A stretch of 64,000 nucleotides of DNA, from NCBI GenBank assembly GCA_963514005.1, contig OY740806.1:28830001-28894000 (forward strand), written 5' to 3'. Shown in pieces: positions 12,563-26,245 of the stretch. Made by a program: the position numbers and the translations under genes. Source of the stretch: Raja brachyura. Lineage: Eukaryota. The notes beneath the pieces were generated by a model that was given only the letters and a program-made list of their open reading frames with translations, was not told the origin of the DNA and made no database searches. Positions within the stretch are counted from its first letter, which is position 1. Each line of letters opens with the position of its first letter.

Positions 12563-13000
12563 TTATGCTGAGAGAATGGAGCAGCTGGGCTTGTACACTC
12601 TGGAGTTTAGAAGGATGAGAGGGGATCTCATTGAAACATAAAAGATTGTTAAGGGCTTGGACACGCTAGAGGCAGAAAACATGTTCCAGATGTTGGGGGA
12701 GTCCTGAACCAGGGGCCACAGTTTAAGAATAAGGAGTAAGCCATTTAGAACGGATATGAGGAAACACTTTTTCTCACAGAGAGTGGTGAGTCTGTGGAAT
12801 TCTCTGCCTCGGGCGGTGGAGGCAGGTTCTCTGGATGCTTTCAAGAGAGAGCTAGATAGGGCTCTTAAAAATAGCGCAGTTGGGATATGGGGAGAAGGCA
12901 GGAACGGGGTACTGATTTGGGATGATCAGCCATGATCACATTGAATGGCGGGGCTGGCTCGAAGGGCCAAATGGCCTACTCGTGCACCTATTTTCTATTG
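12563..13000 (+). mobile_element. CR1/HER1-like LINE 3' fragment
   Basis: Closely similar to 181-700, with the same C-terminus and 3'UTR. Confidence 0.9.
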
Positions 13001-13044
13001 TTATACTTCATTTGTTTATGAGCTTCATGTGAATATTGAACGCT

Positions 13045-13670
13045 GGTGTCTATGAAATACCTTGGTGTAATGAGGTGTCCCGGCCTGTCGCTGCGCACCG
13101 GCAATGGAGGACCCGCTCGCCGCAGACTGAGACTTGGCCGCCACAGACTGACGATGGAGGACCCATGGCTAGGCCTGGTTTGCCCACTGCAGACTCTAAT
13201 TCGGGCCCAAGCCACCGGTATCAACGGGAATCACAACACCGAGAACAAGGAAGGACTGAGAGCGAGGCAAATGTTGAGACTGAGATGGACTGCTGAGAAT
13301 AATATGGGCCGCTGAGAAGGAAGGGGGAACTGGTGGGGGGGGGGGGGGGGGGGGTGGATGATATGATAGAATTGTTCGTTTAAGAAGGAACTGCAGATGC
13401 TGGAAAATCGAAGGTAGACAAAAATGCTGGAGAAACCCAACGGGTGAGGGATCATTTATGGAGCAAAGGAAATAGGCGACGTTTCAGGACGAGACTCTTC
13501 TTCAGATTCGAAATAGGTGATATTTTGTGTCGAGACCCTTCTTCAGATAGGATTGTTCAATACTTCTGTAACTTTGTCAGTGCCAAAACCTGACAACACT
13601 TGTGTACTGCCTAGGTTGTATGCAAAGCAAAGCACTTCACCGTAACTAGGTACATGTGCCAATAAAATTT
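13045..13670 (+). mobile_element. GC-rich non-autonomous element with Rex-like tail, interrupted by an insertion
   Basis: GC-rich body, G run, and a 3' end ttcaccgtaactaggtacatgtgccaataaa. Confidence 0.55.
13378..13545 (-). mobile_element. Short Penelope-derived insertion with a duplicated hammerhead-like end
   Basis: Flanked by a 13-bp TSD gatagaattgttc / gataggattgttc (13365-13377, 13546-13558). Two tandem ctgaagaag units on the minus strand. Confidence 0.8.
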
Positions 13671-13689
13671 AATTTCTTCATTTATGAGA

Positions 13690-13940
13690 AGTTAATCATC
13701 ATTGATCTCGGGTGCTGCCTGGGTGGAATTTTCATGTTTACCCTGTCATGGCGTATATTTCCTGCGGTGCTCCAGTTTTCTCAGACATGTGGTTTAATTG
13801 GCCTGTTTAAAGTTCACCTAGTGTGTAGGGAATGGATGGAAAAAGTGGAGTAACAGAACTAATGTAAACGGTTGATCAATGGTTGGCGTGAACCAAAGGA
13901 CCAGTTTCCATGCAGTATCTCCAAACTAATCAAAATCAAA
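13690..13940 (+). mobile_element. V-SINE (HE1-like), degenerate
   Basis: V-domain-like ttcctgcggtgctccagttttctc and a CR1-derived tail. Confidence 0.65.
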
Positions 13941-16900
13941 TAGATCAGTCAGCATTCTTCTCAACTCAATACAAACTAAATGTACGCTGCCTGTCCTCAT
14001 AATTTAATCCTTTAATCCTTTGAATTAATCAGAAGCATTGATTGCATCACCTCCATGTACAGTGTGGCGATAGTTTGAGAAAGAATTGTCCTTTAAATTG
14101 TTTATATATTGTTATATAGAATGCTTGCTCAAAATTCTTCTCATTAATGTTTTTATCTTTAATATTTTCATTGCCGTGACAATTTTAGATGTTTTCAAAT
14201 CGCTACCATCTTGCTGATGTTCATCTCAGCACTTGAAGATTTTGACTTTTCAAGTATTAGGAAATAATTCTGTTAACTGGGTAAAAGGAATCGCAAGTCA
14301 CTATCGAGTAACAGAAATTGTTTTAGTTGCCAAAATATCATTATAAATTAAGCTGTAATAAATAAAATCAAGCACAGAAATTACATAACCACATATAATA
14401 GCACAGATTGTATGTGCATAACATATTGAGAAGCAAAGGGAACCGGGAACTCAAAAATCCTTTCTTTTAGCAGAAGCATATTGGGTATAGAAAGGGCTGC
14501 ATCTGGCTGCAGTTCATAAAATTGACTAATTGTTAACGGATTTAATGAGCTCCTTATCTCACAGTTTTGGATATTTTACACCATGCCTGTCTTACAATGG
14601 TTTCACTGTATCACAATACAGCCATTGCAGTTATCCCAATTACCTGAGGGAGTAGATTTCAGCTGAGGTCAAGTTCATGTATACCTATGTTCACTTTGGT
14701 TGCCACCTCGTTTGACCAGAAAGTCATTCAAGCCATTTCTCATGAAAATGGAAAAGGAATAGACAGAGTAACAGCTTACATTCTTACTTCACACTCCTAC
14801 AGTTACAGATTTCACCACCGGTAGCACATGTCTGTTTGAATGCTTACTTTATCCTCCTACAGTTACAAGTCTGATTGCCAACACTCATGTCTAGTTAAGT
14901 ATTCTATATCAGATTTCACTGTTAACCCCCGTGTTCATAGCTTGAGCACTGAAGTGTTTGTGGATAAAGAATTTGTGTGCTGCAAGAAGATCTGTTTTCA
15001 GATTTGAAGGAGCCTTACCAATAACTGACATGGGGAAATGTGCAACCCACATCCATCTGAACAGAATATACCTTAAGGAAGCATAGGATCAGGGAATAAT
15101 ATCATGGGAAATGGAGCTCATTAGGGTTGAGGGGGAAACAGAACTTGAATAAGGTAGCAGCAGCACCTACTCAACATGACTAGAATCCTTTCTCTTCCCA
15201 GTAAGTTCTTCTTTTACATTTTTAGTAAAGACCAGAAAGTGTCAAAAGTGCCCTCTTCATTTGCACCAATAACGCTAACATGCCCTAATGTTGCATTGTT
15301 GCGTGTCTTAAGTAATAACATAGCAACAGTAGTAACTGGCAGTAATCATGTTATTCCTCATGGGAGTTACAGCCAGAATTCCAGAAGAAAAAGGCAAAGG
15401 TGAAAGAGACAGATTGTTGCTGTCTGTGTAAATACAGCCTTGGTTTGTGATAAATTGCAGTAATTTGAGTTTTTGCAGGAGAAAAAAAAATCAGAAAATA
15501 GAAGAACACAATAAATTATGTATGTAGTATAAATAAAAGATATTGGCTTAAAGGAGCTGAAAATGTTCATCTGATAAAACTGACGGATTCAGTGAAACTT
15601 ATGGTTTATCTTCCTATTTTTCTTGGGAAAGGGAAATACAGGAGAAGCTCATTGCGCAATACTGACCCTACTAATCCTTTAGGGCCAATTCCTAAATCAT
15701 CTTCTATCGAAAATGTGAGATATCCCAAGTTTCTTGACATTTTGCAGGGATATTGTAGGAGTACCTATCCCATTGGGTTTTGTTATGAGTGTATAGTTTT
15801 TTTTTAACAATGCCAGTAAAGCACTTACAAATATTTTTCCTGGCACACTCGCAGACCTTAATCAGACCTACTTTAGTACTGAGAAATTTTCAAGTGTGGT
15901 GTAGGATGAGTTTGTGCATAATGTCTCGTTTTCATTTGTGGTGCTGATAATCTTGTTCTAATGAATGAGCAAATCATTCAGCAATGCCTGGACTCTGGTC
16001 TTCTTCACTTGTCTGAGCTGTTTTGTGATACACGGTTGATAATTGTATTGAGACTTAAACCAAAATGAGAATTATGATTATTGGAGACTCTTTATTGGAT
16101 GTCCTTGGGCAAGAGTCAGGGACCTCTCCAATCACTGCAAGTGATATTAAGACCAATGCATTCTATTTCTCATGATTCACATTGCAATTTGAAATTAAAT
16201 CCAGCTGAACTAGATCCAGTGACAAGATGGTGTTTTGTACAATAATGATTGAATACATTCTATAGACAGAAAGTTTCAATTCAAATTCAAAGTTGTGGAA
16301 GACATTAGCAGGTCAGGAATCTCCGGAGGAAATGAACAGAATACGTTTTGGGTTGAGACCCTTCTTCAGTGTGCCTATCCATTCCACAGATGCTGCCTGA
16401 CCCACTGAGTTCCTTCAGTACCTTTTTTTTTGTCCAAGATTCTGGCATCTGCAGTTTCTTGTGAACCCTATTCAAATTGTTCTTTATTCTCCAGTAGTAC
16501 TATTTCCTGAAGTGCTATTAAATACAAAATGGAATATATGTCAAGTAGCACTAAGAATGTGGGGAAGAGGAGTGATTACCGATTGGATTACCAGTTGGAT
16601 TACCGATATTGTTGAATTTAATCTTTGTCAGCTTTGTGTACTAATTGAACATCAGTATAATCTTCACAATAACAAGTTTGAAGCAAGCTAAATCATGTCA
16701 CATTTATAAACAATGTATTCTGGTAATCAACTGCAGAAAAAATATTATAGAACTAGAGCAGTTACTAGAATCATTAATCCTTTTACATGGAAATGATAAC
16801 AGGTTGTGACTACAAGCAAGAATCAACTGTTTGTAAGCAAAACTATGCCAATCTCTACATGTAATAATCTCTGTATGCAGTGAGCAAACTAAAACATGCA

Positions 16901-17089
16901 AATGTAGACAGTTCCAGGTAACTAAGGCTAGAATGACCCCTCGAGGAGACTGCTTTCAGAGACCTGTAACAACTATTAGTGCTCTCTAAGGATGTCACTA
17001 CGCAGATTGAAAATTTTAAGCTTGCATCAAACCAAGGAACTGGCCAGTGACTCTAGGGAGTGAAATACATGTCTCAGTCTGTATCATTG

Positions 17090-17970
17090 GTGCTAAAGTG
17101 GGAATAATGTAAATATCACCAACAATTTGTCCTGATCCAACCACATTTATGCTGCGGCTAAAAAAGCTCATCAACACCTTTGAAGACAATAGAAAATCAG
17201 CACGTCTCTAATTACTATAACCAGTTTAGTTTAGAGATAAGCATGGAAACAGGCCCTTCAGCCCACTGAATCCACCCTGACCAACGGACACTAGTTCTAT
17301 CCTATTTACAAGGAACAATTTACAAAAGCCAATTAACCTACAAACCCATCTTTGGAATGTGGGACGAAACCGGAGCACCCGGTGAAAACCCAAGTGGTCA
17401 CATGGAGATCATACAAACTCCGCACAGACGATACCCATAGTCAGGTTCGGGTACAGCAACTAGTCTTCCCAAGACTGCAAGAATTTGCAGCAGAGAGTCG
17501 TGAACACAGCCCAGTCCATCCGCAAACAAGCTTTCCTCCCATCCGCCCCCCCCCCCCCCACTCTGTCCCAACCATCGACTCCATCTACACTTCATACAGG
17601 CTTGGGGGAAGCAGCAGCCCACATAATCAAGGACCATTCACACCCTGGTCATTATCTCTTCTCCACTCTACTGTTGGGCAGATAATACAAAAACTTGAAA
17701 GCATATACTACCAGATTTACGAACGCTGTATTCAGACTATTGGATAATCTATGCCAAGGATAATTTCCCAATTTTGCAATATACCTCGTCGCGGCCCTTG
17801 CACTTCTTATAAATCTGCACATTCTCTGTAGCTGTAACACTATATTCTGCACTCTGTTCATTTTCCCTGTTGCACTACCTGATCTGCTCAAGTAAGGTAT
17901 AATGTGCCTAGACAGCACATAGCATCGAGTTGCTTACTGTATTTTGGTGCAAGTGACAATAATAAACCAA
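17090..17970 (+). mobile_element. Rex1/Babar 3' fragment with a nested minus-strand V-SINE (~17225-17445)
   Basis: QRVVNTAQSI and IIKDHSHPGH.LFS.L..GR motifs, 3' end gtgacaataataaacc. The insert contains gtgggacgaaaccggagcacccgg. Confidence 0.75.
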
Positions 17971-18249
17971 TACAGGACACTCTTATGTATCTATCGACTC
18001 AAGCACAATATTTGCAGCATAATATCTTAAACTACAATTCTTCTATTGAGGTGTGTACATCCAGAGTTTAATGCTTATGTGGGTATAGTGTTAGCGATGA
18101 ACAGAACATGTATCTCCCATTGCCTACATTGACTTTTAGAACTTTGGGGTACTCATTCGTTCTTCTTCATAAATCAAAATGCATGAAAATGCCCCAACTA
18201 CTGTTGCTCTGTGACCCATCTGGAGATGATATTCCTCAATAATCTAAGA

Positions 18250-18990
18250 GCCTTTATCCTTTTCTTGGCATGAATAAGGCAGACAGTCTGAACATTTTTC
18301 TGTGTGTGGAAATCTCCAACACTAGAGGGCATAGCTATAAGGTGAGGGGAAAGTTTAATGAATATGTGTGGGGCAAGTTATTTTACATAGAAAGTGGTGG
18401 GGAACTGTAATGTATTGCCAGGGATGGTGGTGGAGGCAGATAAGATAGTGATGTGTAAGAGGCTATTGGATAGGAACATGGAAGTGCAGGAAATAGAGGT
18501 ATATGGATCATGTTCAGGCAGATGCGATCAGTCTAACTTGGCATCATAGAAACATAGAAAATAGGTGCAGGAGTAGGTCAATCGGCCCTTCAAGCCGGCA
18601 CCGCCATTCAATATGATCATGGCTGATCATCCAACTCAGTTTCCTGTACTTGCCTTCTCTCCATACCCCCAGATCCCTTTAGTCACAAGGGCCACATCTA
18701 ACTCCCTCTTAAATATAGCCAACAAACTGGCCTCAACTACCTTCTGTGGCAGAGAATTCCACAGATTCACCACGCTCTGTGTGAAAAATTATTTTCTCAT
18801 TTCGGTCCTAAAAGACTTCCCCCTTATCCTTACACTGTGACCCCTTGTCCTGGGCTTCCCCAACATCGGGAACAATCTTCCTGCATCTAGCCTGTCCAAC
18901 CCCCTAAGAATTTTGTAAGTCTCTATGAGATCCCTCCTCAATCTTCTAAATTCCAGCGAGTGCAAGCCGGGTCTATCCAGTCTTTCTTCA
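18250..18990. mobile_element. Two CR1/HER1-like fragments tail to tail (+ ~18250-18545, - ~18546-18990)
   Basis: The minus copy starts with a (catagaaa)n tail and is the reverse complement of the 181-700 family. Confidence 0.85.
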
Positions 18991-21044
18991 TATGGAGTTC
19001 CCAGCCAGAACCAAGTACTCTGTTATTACTTTCATTGTTCCCTGTTTGTATAACAAAAGTAAAGACAAATGCAAATGCTGGAAGTCTGGAATATAAACAG
19101 AAAATGGTGAAAACACCCAGTAGGTTTGGTTGTAAAAAAGAAGGGAAAACAGTTCATAACTAACTTGATTTTTCCCTCTCACAGTTCTGATACAGGGAGT
19201 TTAACATGAAATGTCAACTTTACTTTGCTTTCCATAGATGCTGTCTGACCTATTGTGTGCTTCCAGCATTTTCAGTTTTTTTTTGGTACGGTAATATATC
19301 CTGCAGCAATTAAATCAGCATTTCACACCTTCCCCTCTTGGGCATTGACTAATTAAAGAGTGTTTTATTAGTATACAATCAAATGCTATTAAATTGATTT
19401 CTTTTGGCAAGGAAGGCATGTTGGCAGAGAGGACCTTATTAATTCTTTGATGTAATTAAATACACTGCATGGTGTGATGGTGTGACGTACATTTAGATTT
19501 GAAGGTTACTTTATTGATTGCTGTCTTCTGCTGAGTTTGTAAGTCCAGGTTGTGATGGCAACGGGAATACAATAAGCAGTCTCAGCATTTTTGGCTGGAG
19601 AAGTGGGGAAAAAAAACACGGTTCCCATACTTTATGCTTACTCACGGCCTGTGTGTGAGTTGTGAATAGTGGTGATATCAAATCTGATTGAGGTGAGCTT
19701 ACAATTGATTAGCCCATCACAATTGATATACAGGCCATGCATGCATCCCATTCCAGGATACTCCAGCAGATACTCCAGGAGTGAAAGGATAATCAAATGA
19801 AAGTGATAAGGAGCCATGGTCACACAAGAGCCTGTTTGGAAAGGCAATGTAGCAGTGAGTGTGAAAGAACAACACAGCAAACTTTCCACCCAAAGATAGG
19901 TGTTTTGAGTTTCTTTTATGGTCAGTCCTTGACAAGTTGTGCAGTGTTTCTTAAAGATGGCTCTTTTCTGACATCAAGAGGAGAGGCTGGACAGGCTAGG
20001 ATTGTTTTCTTGGCAGAAGGTCGAGGGGCAACGTGATTGAGGTAAACAAAATGGAGATAAAGGAACGGCAGATGCTGGAACCCTTGAGAAAACCACAAAA
20101 GTGCTGGTGTTTGGGATGAATCTGGCATATCTGTGGAGGGAAGAGATAGGCAATGTTTTGGGTCGGGACCCTTCTTCAGACCTTTGAGTTTTGCTTGAGG
20201 TATACAAAATGTTGATGAACATAGACAAGATAATGAATAACTCTTCCCGAGATAATGAATAACTAATAATTAGTAGGAATGCCCATGACCACGGGGCATA
20301 GATTTTAAGAGATGGAAATTTAGAGAGGGCATGAGGAAGAATTATTTTAACCAGAGGGCGTTGAAATTTAGAATGCAAGGGAGGTTGGAGCAAAAGGTGT
20401 GGGTCAATGTTTTGGGTTTAGATCTTGCATGAGGACTGAGAATGATGGGGAAAGGCTTCTAGTATACTCAGTATGCAGCGGTCTGGTATTTGGAGGGGAG
20501 GAGGATGGCTGCAGTGGGGGGCTAGCGGAATAGAGGCCGGTAGCTGATAGATGCATTAGATATTGGGTGATGATGGGCAAATGGAACTAGGTGGATGTTG
20601 GGGATGGGAAAGACGAAGAAAGGGAGAAGAAGGTGAGATGAACAAGAGTGTGTGTGTGTGGGAGGAGAATACAAGGGGTGTGGATTACCTGATAGTGGAA
20701 AATGCAATGTTCATACCATTGTGCTGCAAGTACCCAAGTGGAATGTGAGATGTCATGAAATTGGTATTGGTTTATTATTGTCACATGTACCAAGATACAG
20801 GAAAAAACTTTTGTTTGATTGCTATCCAATCAATATGTCAGATAATATGATAAATGAATGCAGTCAATACATACACAAATACAACAGTTAGAGTAAAGAG
20901 GAAAATTCTTAGAGGCAGAATTACCTTTCAGAGTACGGATAGAAATGCTGATAGATTTCCAAATGGAATAGAGGTTTAAGATTGGAGCAATTGTACTGGA
21001 TGATAGTAGATCCTCTTCTGAGACCAACACGTAAAGGCTTTAGA

Positions 21045-21350
21045 ATTTAGAGATACAGCGTGGAACAGGCCCTTCAGCCCAACGGGTCCATAACGACCAA
21101 CGATCATCCGTACACTATTTCTATCCTACACACCAGGGACAATTTACAGAATCCAATTACCATACAAACCCGTAATTAAACTGCAGACATCTTTGGAATT
21201 TGCAAGGAAACTGGTGCACCTGGAGAAATTCTGCATCGTCACAGGGAGAACATATAATAACATATAATAACACCATATCAGTGGTCAGGATCGAACCTGA
21301 GTCTCTGACGTTTTTAGGTAGCAACTCTGCCACTGTGCCGCCGTAACACC
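21045..21350 (-). mobile_element. V-SINE (HE1-like)
   Basis: Minus strand: ggcggcacagtggcagagttgct head, B-box-like ggttcgatcc, V-domain remnant, CR1 tail. Confidence 0.8.
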
Positions 21351-22059
21351 ATCTTGTAGAAGGTTGTGTATTTTGCATAGCATGTAGGGCTGTCCACAAT
21401 AGCCATCTTCAGTTTCCAGTGGCACGTCACTCCCACACCGACCAGTCAGTTCTTAGCCTTCTCCATTGCTGCTGTTGCCTTGATACAAATGCCAATCACT
21501 GTCATCTCACTGCTGGAATTCATTTCTAAATGTGGTGTTCATTTATATCATCGTCAAATTCCCAATAAAGTCCCATAAAACCAATATGTTTCAATTTACA
21601 GCATTGTTAAATGTCTACTTTTAGAGTACATCACCTGAAAATAACAAGAAGTGTTAGGTCCCCAGAAGCTACAAGTTAAACTCCTAAACATGTGATTAAC
21701 CAGGTAAAATGTTTGAAAGTAGTATGCTTTAACTAATTTTAAAACTATTCTACTTGCCTTTCAATTTCTATCCAGGGTCTCATGTTGGACTTTTCAAATG
21801 ATTAAGCAAATGATCCTGCCAAACTTTCAAAGTAATAAATGTGTTTTGTGTGTTCAATAAAAGTCTTGGCTGAAGAACAGTTTGTTTCTACGCAAGCAAT
21901 AAATGTGTTTGTAGAGTAAATACAGCCATTTAAGCTATTAAAGTACATTATTTTATTGAAGAGGCTTGGAATAATAGTTGATGACTTCACTGTGGAGCTG
22001 CTGTATATCTGAAATCTTAAGTATGTTTATGTTTTAGAAAGTATGCTTTGGTTTAGGAG

Positions 22060-22740
22060 ATGCCAGAGACTGCAGATGCTGGCATCTGGAGCAAAGTCAA
22101 CTTTTGGAGGCACTTAACGGGCCAAGCAGCATCTGTGGAGGGAAGTGGGTGGTTGATGTTTCAGACTAAGACCCTGCATAAGGACTAACAGTATAAATGA
22201 AAAATAAGCAGTAGAGAGTTGAGAAGGAGGGGTGAGATAGGGGGTGATGGGTGATAGGTGGAAATAGTTGACATATGGGATAATGGGCCGATGGATGAGA
22301 GGAGGGAGAAGGTAGAGACAGGCTGGAAATATATAAATGGAACCAGATATGATAGGCAAATGGGACTAGATGAAAGAGCGGAAGAGAAAAAAGGTTAGGT
22401 GCATGGGAAAGGTGAACAAAAGGAAAGAGATCCAGGTTGGAATGGAAAGGAATACACAGGGTGTGGAATTCCATAAACATGAAAAGTTCAGTATTCTTGC
22501 TACTGGGTTGTAGGCTACCTGAGTGGAATATGAGGTAACGTAGGCTTGGTTCCTGTGATGTATTTTCAAAGCTCAAGCTGGAGGTTGTTGTACAATTTAG
22601 TATGTTCAAGAAGGAACTGCAGATGCTGGAGAATCGAAGGTAGACAAAATTGCTGGAGAAACTCAGTGGGTGCGGCAGCATCTATGGAGCGAAGGAAGAG
22701 GCAACGTTTCAAGCCGAAACCCTTCTTCAGACTGATTTCT
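22060..22740 (-). mobile_element. Penelope-like 3' region plus a short Penelope-derived insert (~22604-22737)
   Basis: Minus-strand LIFHSGSLQP motif (PLE endonuclease C-terminus), pyrimidine-rich 3'UTR, and a ctgaagaagggtttcggcttgaaacgttgcc unit. Confidence 0.7.
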
Positions 22741-23519
22741 TCCGTTTTTTTGTCTACAATTTAGTATGACCAGAAGAGTTCAATTCAGTACTAAAGTCTT
22801 ACAGCAAAATGGAAGAATAACACAAATTAACAAGTGTACTATTACTCACAATCGTAATGTCTTCTTTGGACAATGTAACATCCAAACTAATGCATTTTTA
22901 ATGAGATCATACATTGGTAGTAGGTGATCAAGGAACAAATGTGCATGTTAGCCACACTTAACTTGCGAGGAAAATTAATTGAAACTATCCAAAAACAACT
23001 CTCAACATTAAGTCATGCAACATAGAAATTTGAATGACTGCTAGCGTGCACATTTTTAACTTTACTCATTTGTCTTGTGCATGGTCGGAGGGATGATTGC
23101 ATTGAAGATCGAGACATTTTTTATGTTGGGCAGCTGTGATAACATCAAACTTCTCTCCACATCTGTCTGAAAAAGTGTTTCTCCATCCGCCTACTTATTA
23201 TCCATTTCCGTCCCTATCATCAAGTGGTAGCAGGCCAACAATATTTGTAGTCTGGTGCTTGAGTCCAATTGAGTACAAGAAATTGATTTAAACGTTCAAA
23301 GCATATTTCCGTTAGGATTCTTACAGACAACAAGCACAGTGGACATTCATACCTTAATCATACCTCGACCACACACAAAAGTAAAAACCTAATGTTATAC
23401 ATCTGATGCATTTTAAGTTTACAACACTTGGTGGAACTTGGGATGTTTGTTGATGGAAAATATTTGAACTGTGCACCATTAATGAAAGCAGCTGCCACAA
23501 AGTTGCCTTGTAGTTTTCA

Positions 23520-23830
23520 CAAGTTAGTGGGGATGGAACAGTGGTCAAGGGAGTCACCAAGTGAGTGATTTCTGCAAAATGCGGATAGGGGAGGAGAAAA
23601 TAAGATGTGACTGGTGGTGGGATTATGCTGCAGCTGGCGGAAATGTCAAAAGATGATATGTTGTGTGCATAAGCTTGCTGGGTGGAAGGTGATTACCCGA
23701 GGACTCTTGTTCTGTCATGGTGGAGATGGGTGAGAACAGACATGGGGGAAATAGAAGAAATGTGGTTGTGATCTCCATCTACTCGACAGAGGGAATGTCA
23801 TGTTTACTTAAATGGCATCTGGCCAAGGTA
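23520..23830 (-). mobile_element. Penelope-like element coding fragment
   Basis: Minus strand gives ITFHPASL..QHIIF.HFRQLQHNPTTSHI...PLSAFCRNHSL, typical of the PLE RT-endonuclease linker. Confidence 0.7.
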
Positions 23831-24269
23831 AACTAGGTTCACCGAGTCAAGATCAGCTGGGTTTCCTTGCATTCAGTTCTATGTTGGTGTTCTCCCTGCC
23901 CAGTGACTACTGAACACCAGATTTTCAGTCCTTTGACTGTTGATCTTCCTGACCTGCTAACTACCCCTGTACTGAATACCGTTGTCAATGTGCTGGTTGA
24001 TCCAACCTCCGTCACATTGATGGATACCTCAAAACCTGCAATCCCCAAACCCATCTCCTCCCTCAGAACCTTCCAGTCGGATTATTATTTATCCCTTCCA
24101 GTTCACATCCTCTTGTTCACCCTTGGTTGTCAGTCAGCTTCATTGATCCCTCCCACTGCCTAAAGCAGCTTTGTGACAGGTCTTTGATTTTTCCCCATGC
24201 AGAACATCAGTAACATCTGTTCAAGTTTTCCCAAAAAGCCAAGTGCTTTGTGATGTTACTTACAAGTTC

Positions 24270-24795
24270 AGGTTTAAATTCAAGTTTATTGTCATGTGCA
24301 CGAGTACAGTGAGGTGCCGGTACAAATAAAAATCTTGCTTGCAGCAGCATCACAAAACAAAACAAACCAAATTATACATAAATGTCAAACAACAAAAAGG
24401 ACCATTCAAAAAAAATAAGACATTAGTGCAGAAATATAATTAGAAAAATATAATTAGAAAAATAATTAGAAAAGTCCATTATAGTGCAAGAGGTGAGGCA
24501 TAGTGTTCCGTTGTTGAAGTAATATTGGTGCAGGTTGGTTCAAGAATCTGATAGTAATCAGCTGTTCCTGAATCTGATGGTGTGGGACCAATCTTCTGCA
24601 CCTCCTGCCTGGTAGTGTGAAGAGGGCATGACCCAGATCGTGGAGATCCATGATAGATGTCGCCTTCTTGAGGCATTGTCTCATGTAAGTGCTTTTGATA
24701 GAAAGGCTGTCTATGCCCATGGTGGACTGGGCGGAGTACACCACTCTGCAGCCTCATGCGTCCTCGGTGTTGGAATTGTCGTACCAGACCATATA
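24270..24795 (-). mobile_element. Rex1/Babar LINE 3' fragment
   Basis: WYDNS, VVYSAQS.MG, CLKKATSI, GHALF motifs and a catgacaataaa tail. Confidence 0.75.
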
Positions 24796-25143
24796 GATGT
24801 CTAAGCAATGTAAGTTTTTCATTTTTTTAATAACATCACACTGAAGTTTTAGTTGGAAAAGCTATTCAGGGGAAGATCCGGTAGAGCTGATTAGGTGCAG
24901 TGCAGATTAATGTTATTTATTATCATGGTTGCATGAATGCAATAAGGCATTACTACAGTTATCAGCATGTTGCTTTCAGTGGTTCAGGCATTGTGTGGTT
25001 GTGTTTCTCTGCCACATGCACTTAATCTAATTGATGACATGTCTGAAAACAATGCAGCAGAGAGGAAGGGAAAGGGAAAGAATGTGACCTCCATAAATTT
25101 CATACCGAATACAACTTTCAGAACAGGTGAAACCTTTGTATGA

Positions 25144-25425
25144 TTTAGTTTAGTTTATTTTGAAGATACAGCGTGGAAGCAGGCCCTTTGGCCCACCGAA
25201 TGTGTGACCACCAGCGAGCCCCCCCATATTAACTATCCTACACACACTACGGACAATTTACATTTATACTAAGACAATTAACCTACAAACCTGTACATCT
25301 TTGGAGTGTGGGAGGAAACCGATGATCTCGGAGAAAACCCACGTGGTCACACGGAGAAGGAACAAACTCCGTACAGACAGCACCCTACCGCACTTGCTCT
25401 CTACCACTGCACCACCATGCCGCCC
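25144..25425 (-). mobile_element. V-SINE (HE1-like)
   Basis: Minus strand: gggcggcatggtggtgcagtggtagag head, V-domain ggttttctccgagatcatcggtttcctcccacactccaaaga, (ctaaa)n tail. Confidence 0.85.
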
Positions 25426-26046
25426 TTTGTTTTGCGCTGAATCGTAACCACTGGAACACCAGGGTGAATGATGGTGAACATGGATTTTAATACTGTCTCA
25501 GAGAAAGTCGTGATAAATAATGGAGATTTCTGTTTTCAGAATGGAAGTGTCATTTAACGAATACTTGCAGAATTCATGTCATTTCAGAAATGCTAGAGGC
25601 CTCTACACCATCGCATAACTGTCTTTTTGACAAACAGGTTGTTTTTGAAATATTTGGACTTATCACTGATTTTAATTAGTGCAAAAGTTTAATTTAACAT
25701 GGCAATTCTCTCATCTTGTAAATTTGTTTGAAGCTCTGAATAAATTACAGCTGTGCAATAGCATACTGGAGTTGATTGTGTCCGTAAAGACAGCTTCAGC
25801 TCTTGGTTTTTGCCATATGAATGAGTATCTTCCTGAGAAATTCATAGGTGCAGGATGTTCAAGGTGTGGGAGTGCTACGGAAGCAGCCTTATATACACAA
25901 GGACTTTTCTTCTCCCCCTCCAGTAGTGGATTGTGGGGCTGAGAAGCTTGGAACCAGGAAATAGCAGAGGTTTCTGATACGACACTGAAATCAATGAGTG
26001 GTCTTTAGTATTGGAACCCAGTGGGTATTGGTAGTCAGCGCTTTGG

Positions 26047-26245
26047 AAATTCAATCGTTCAATGGTATATTATTGTCATGCGCACCCAGAAATAGTGAAA
26101 AAGTTGTTTTGCATAAAATTCAGTAAAATCATTCTATACGTAAGCACAATCGTAAATAAGTACAAAAGTGCAAAGATTATAGTGTAAGAATGGTAGACTT
26201 CACTGAGGCAATACACAAAGAGTCGCCACGTTTCCAGCTCCAACT
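26047..26245 (-). mobile_element. 3' part of the non-autonomous family also seen at 48290-48903
   Basis: Aligns by eye with 48290-48470 (tagacttcactgaggca..tacacaaagagtcgccac). Confidence 0.7.
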
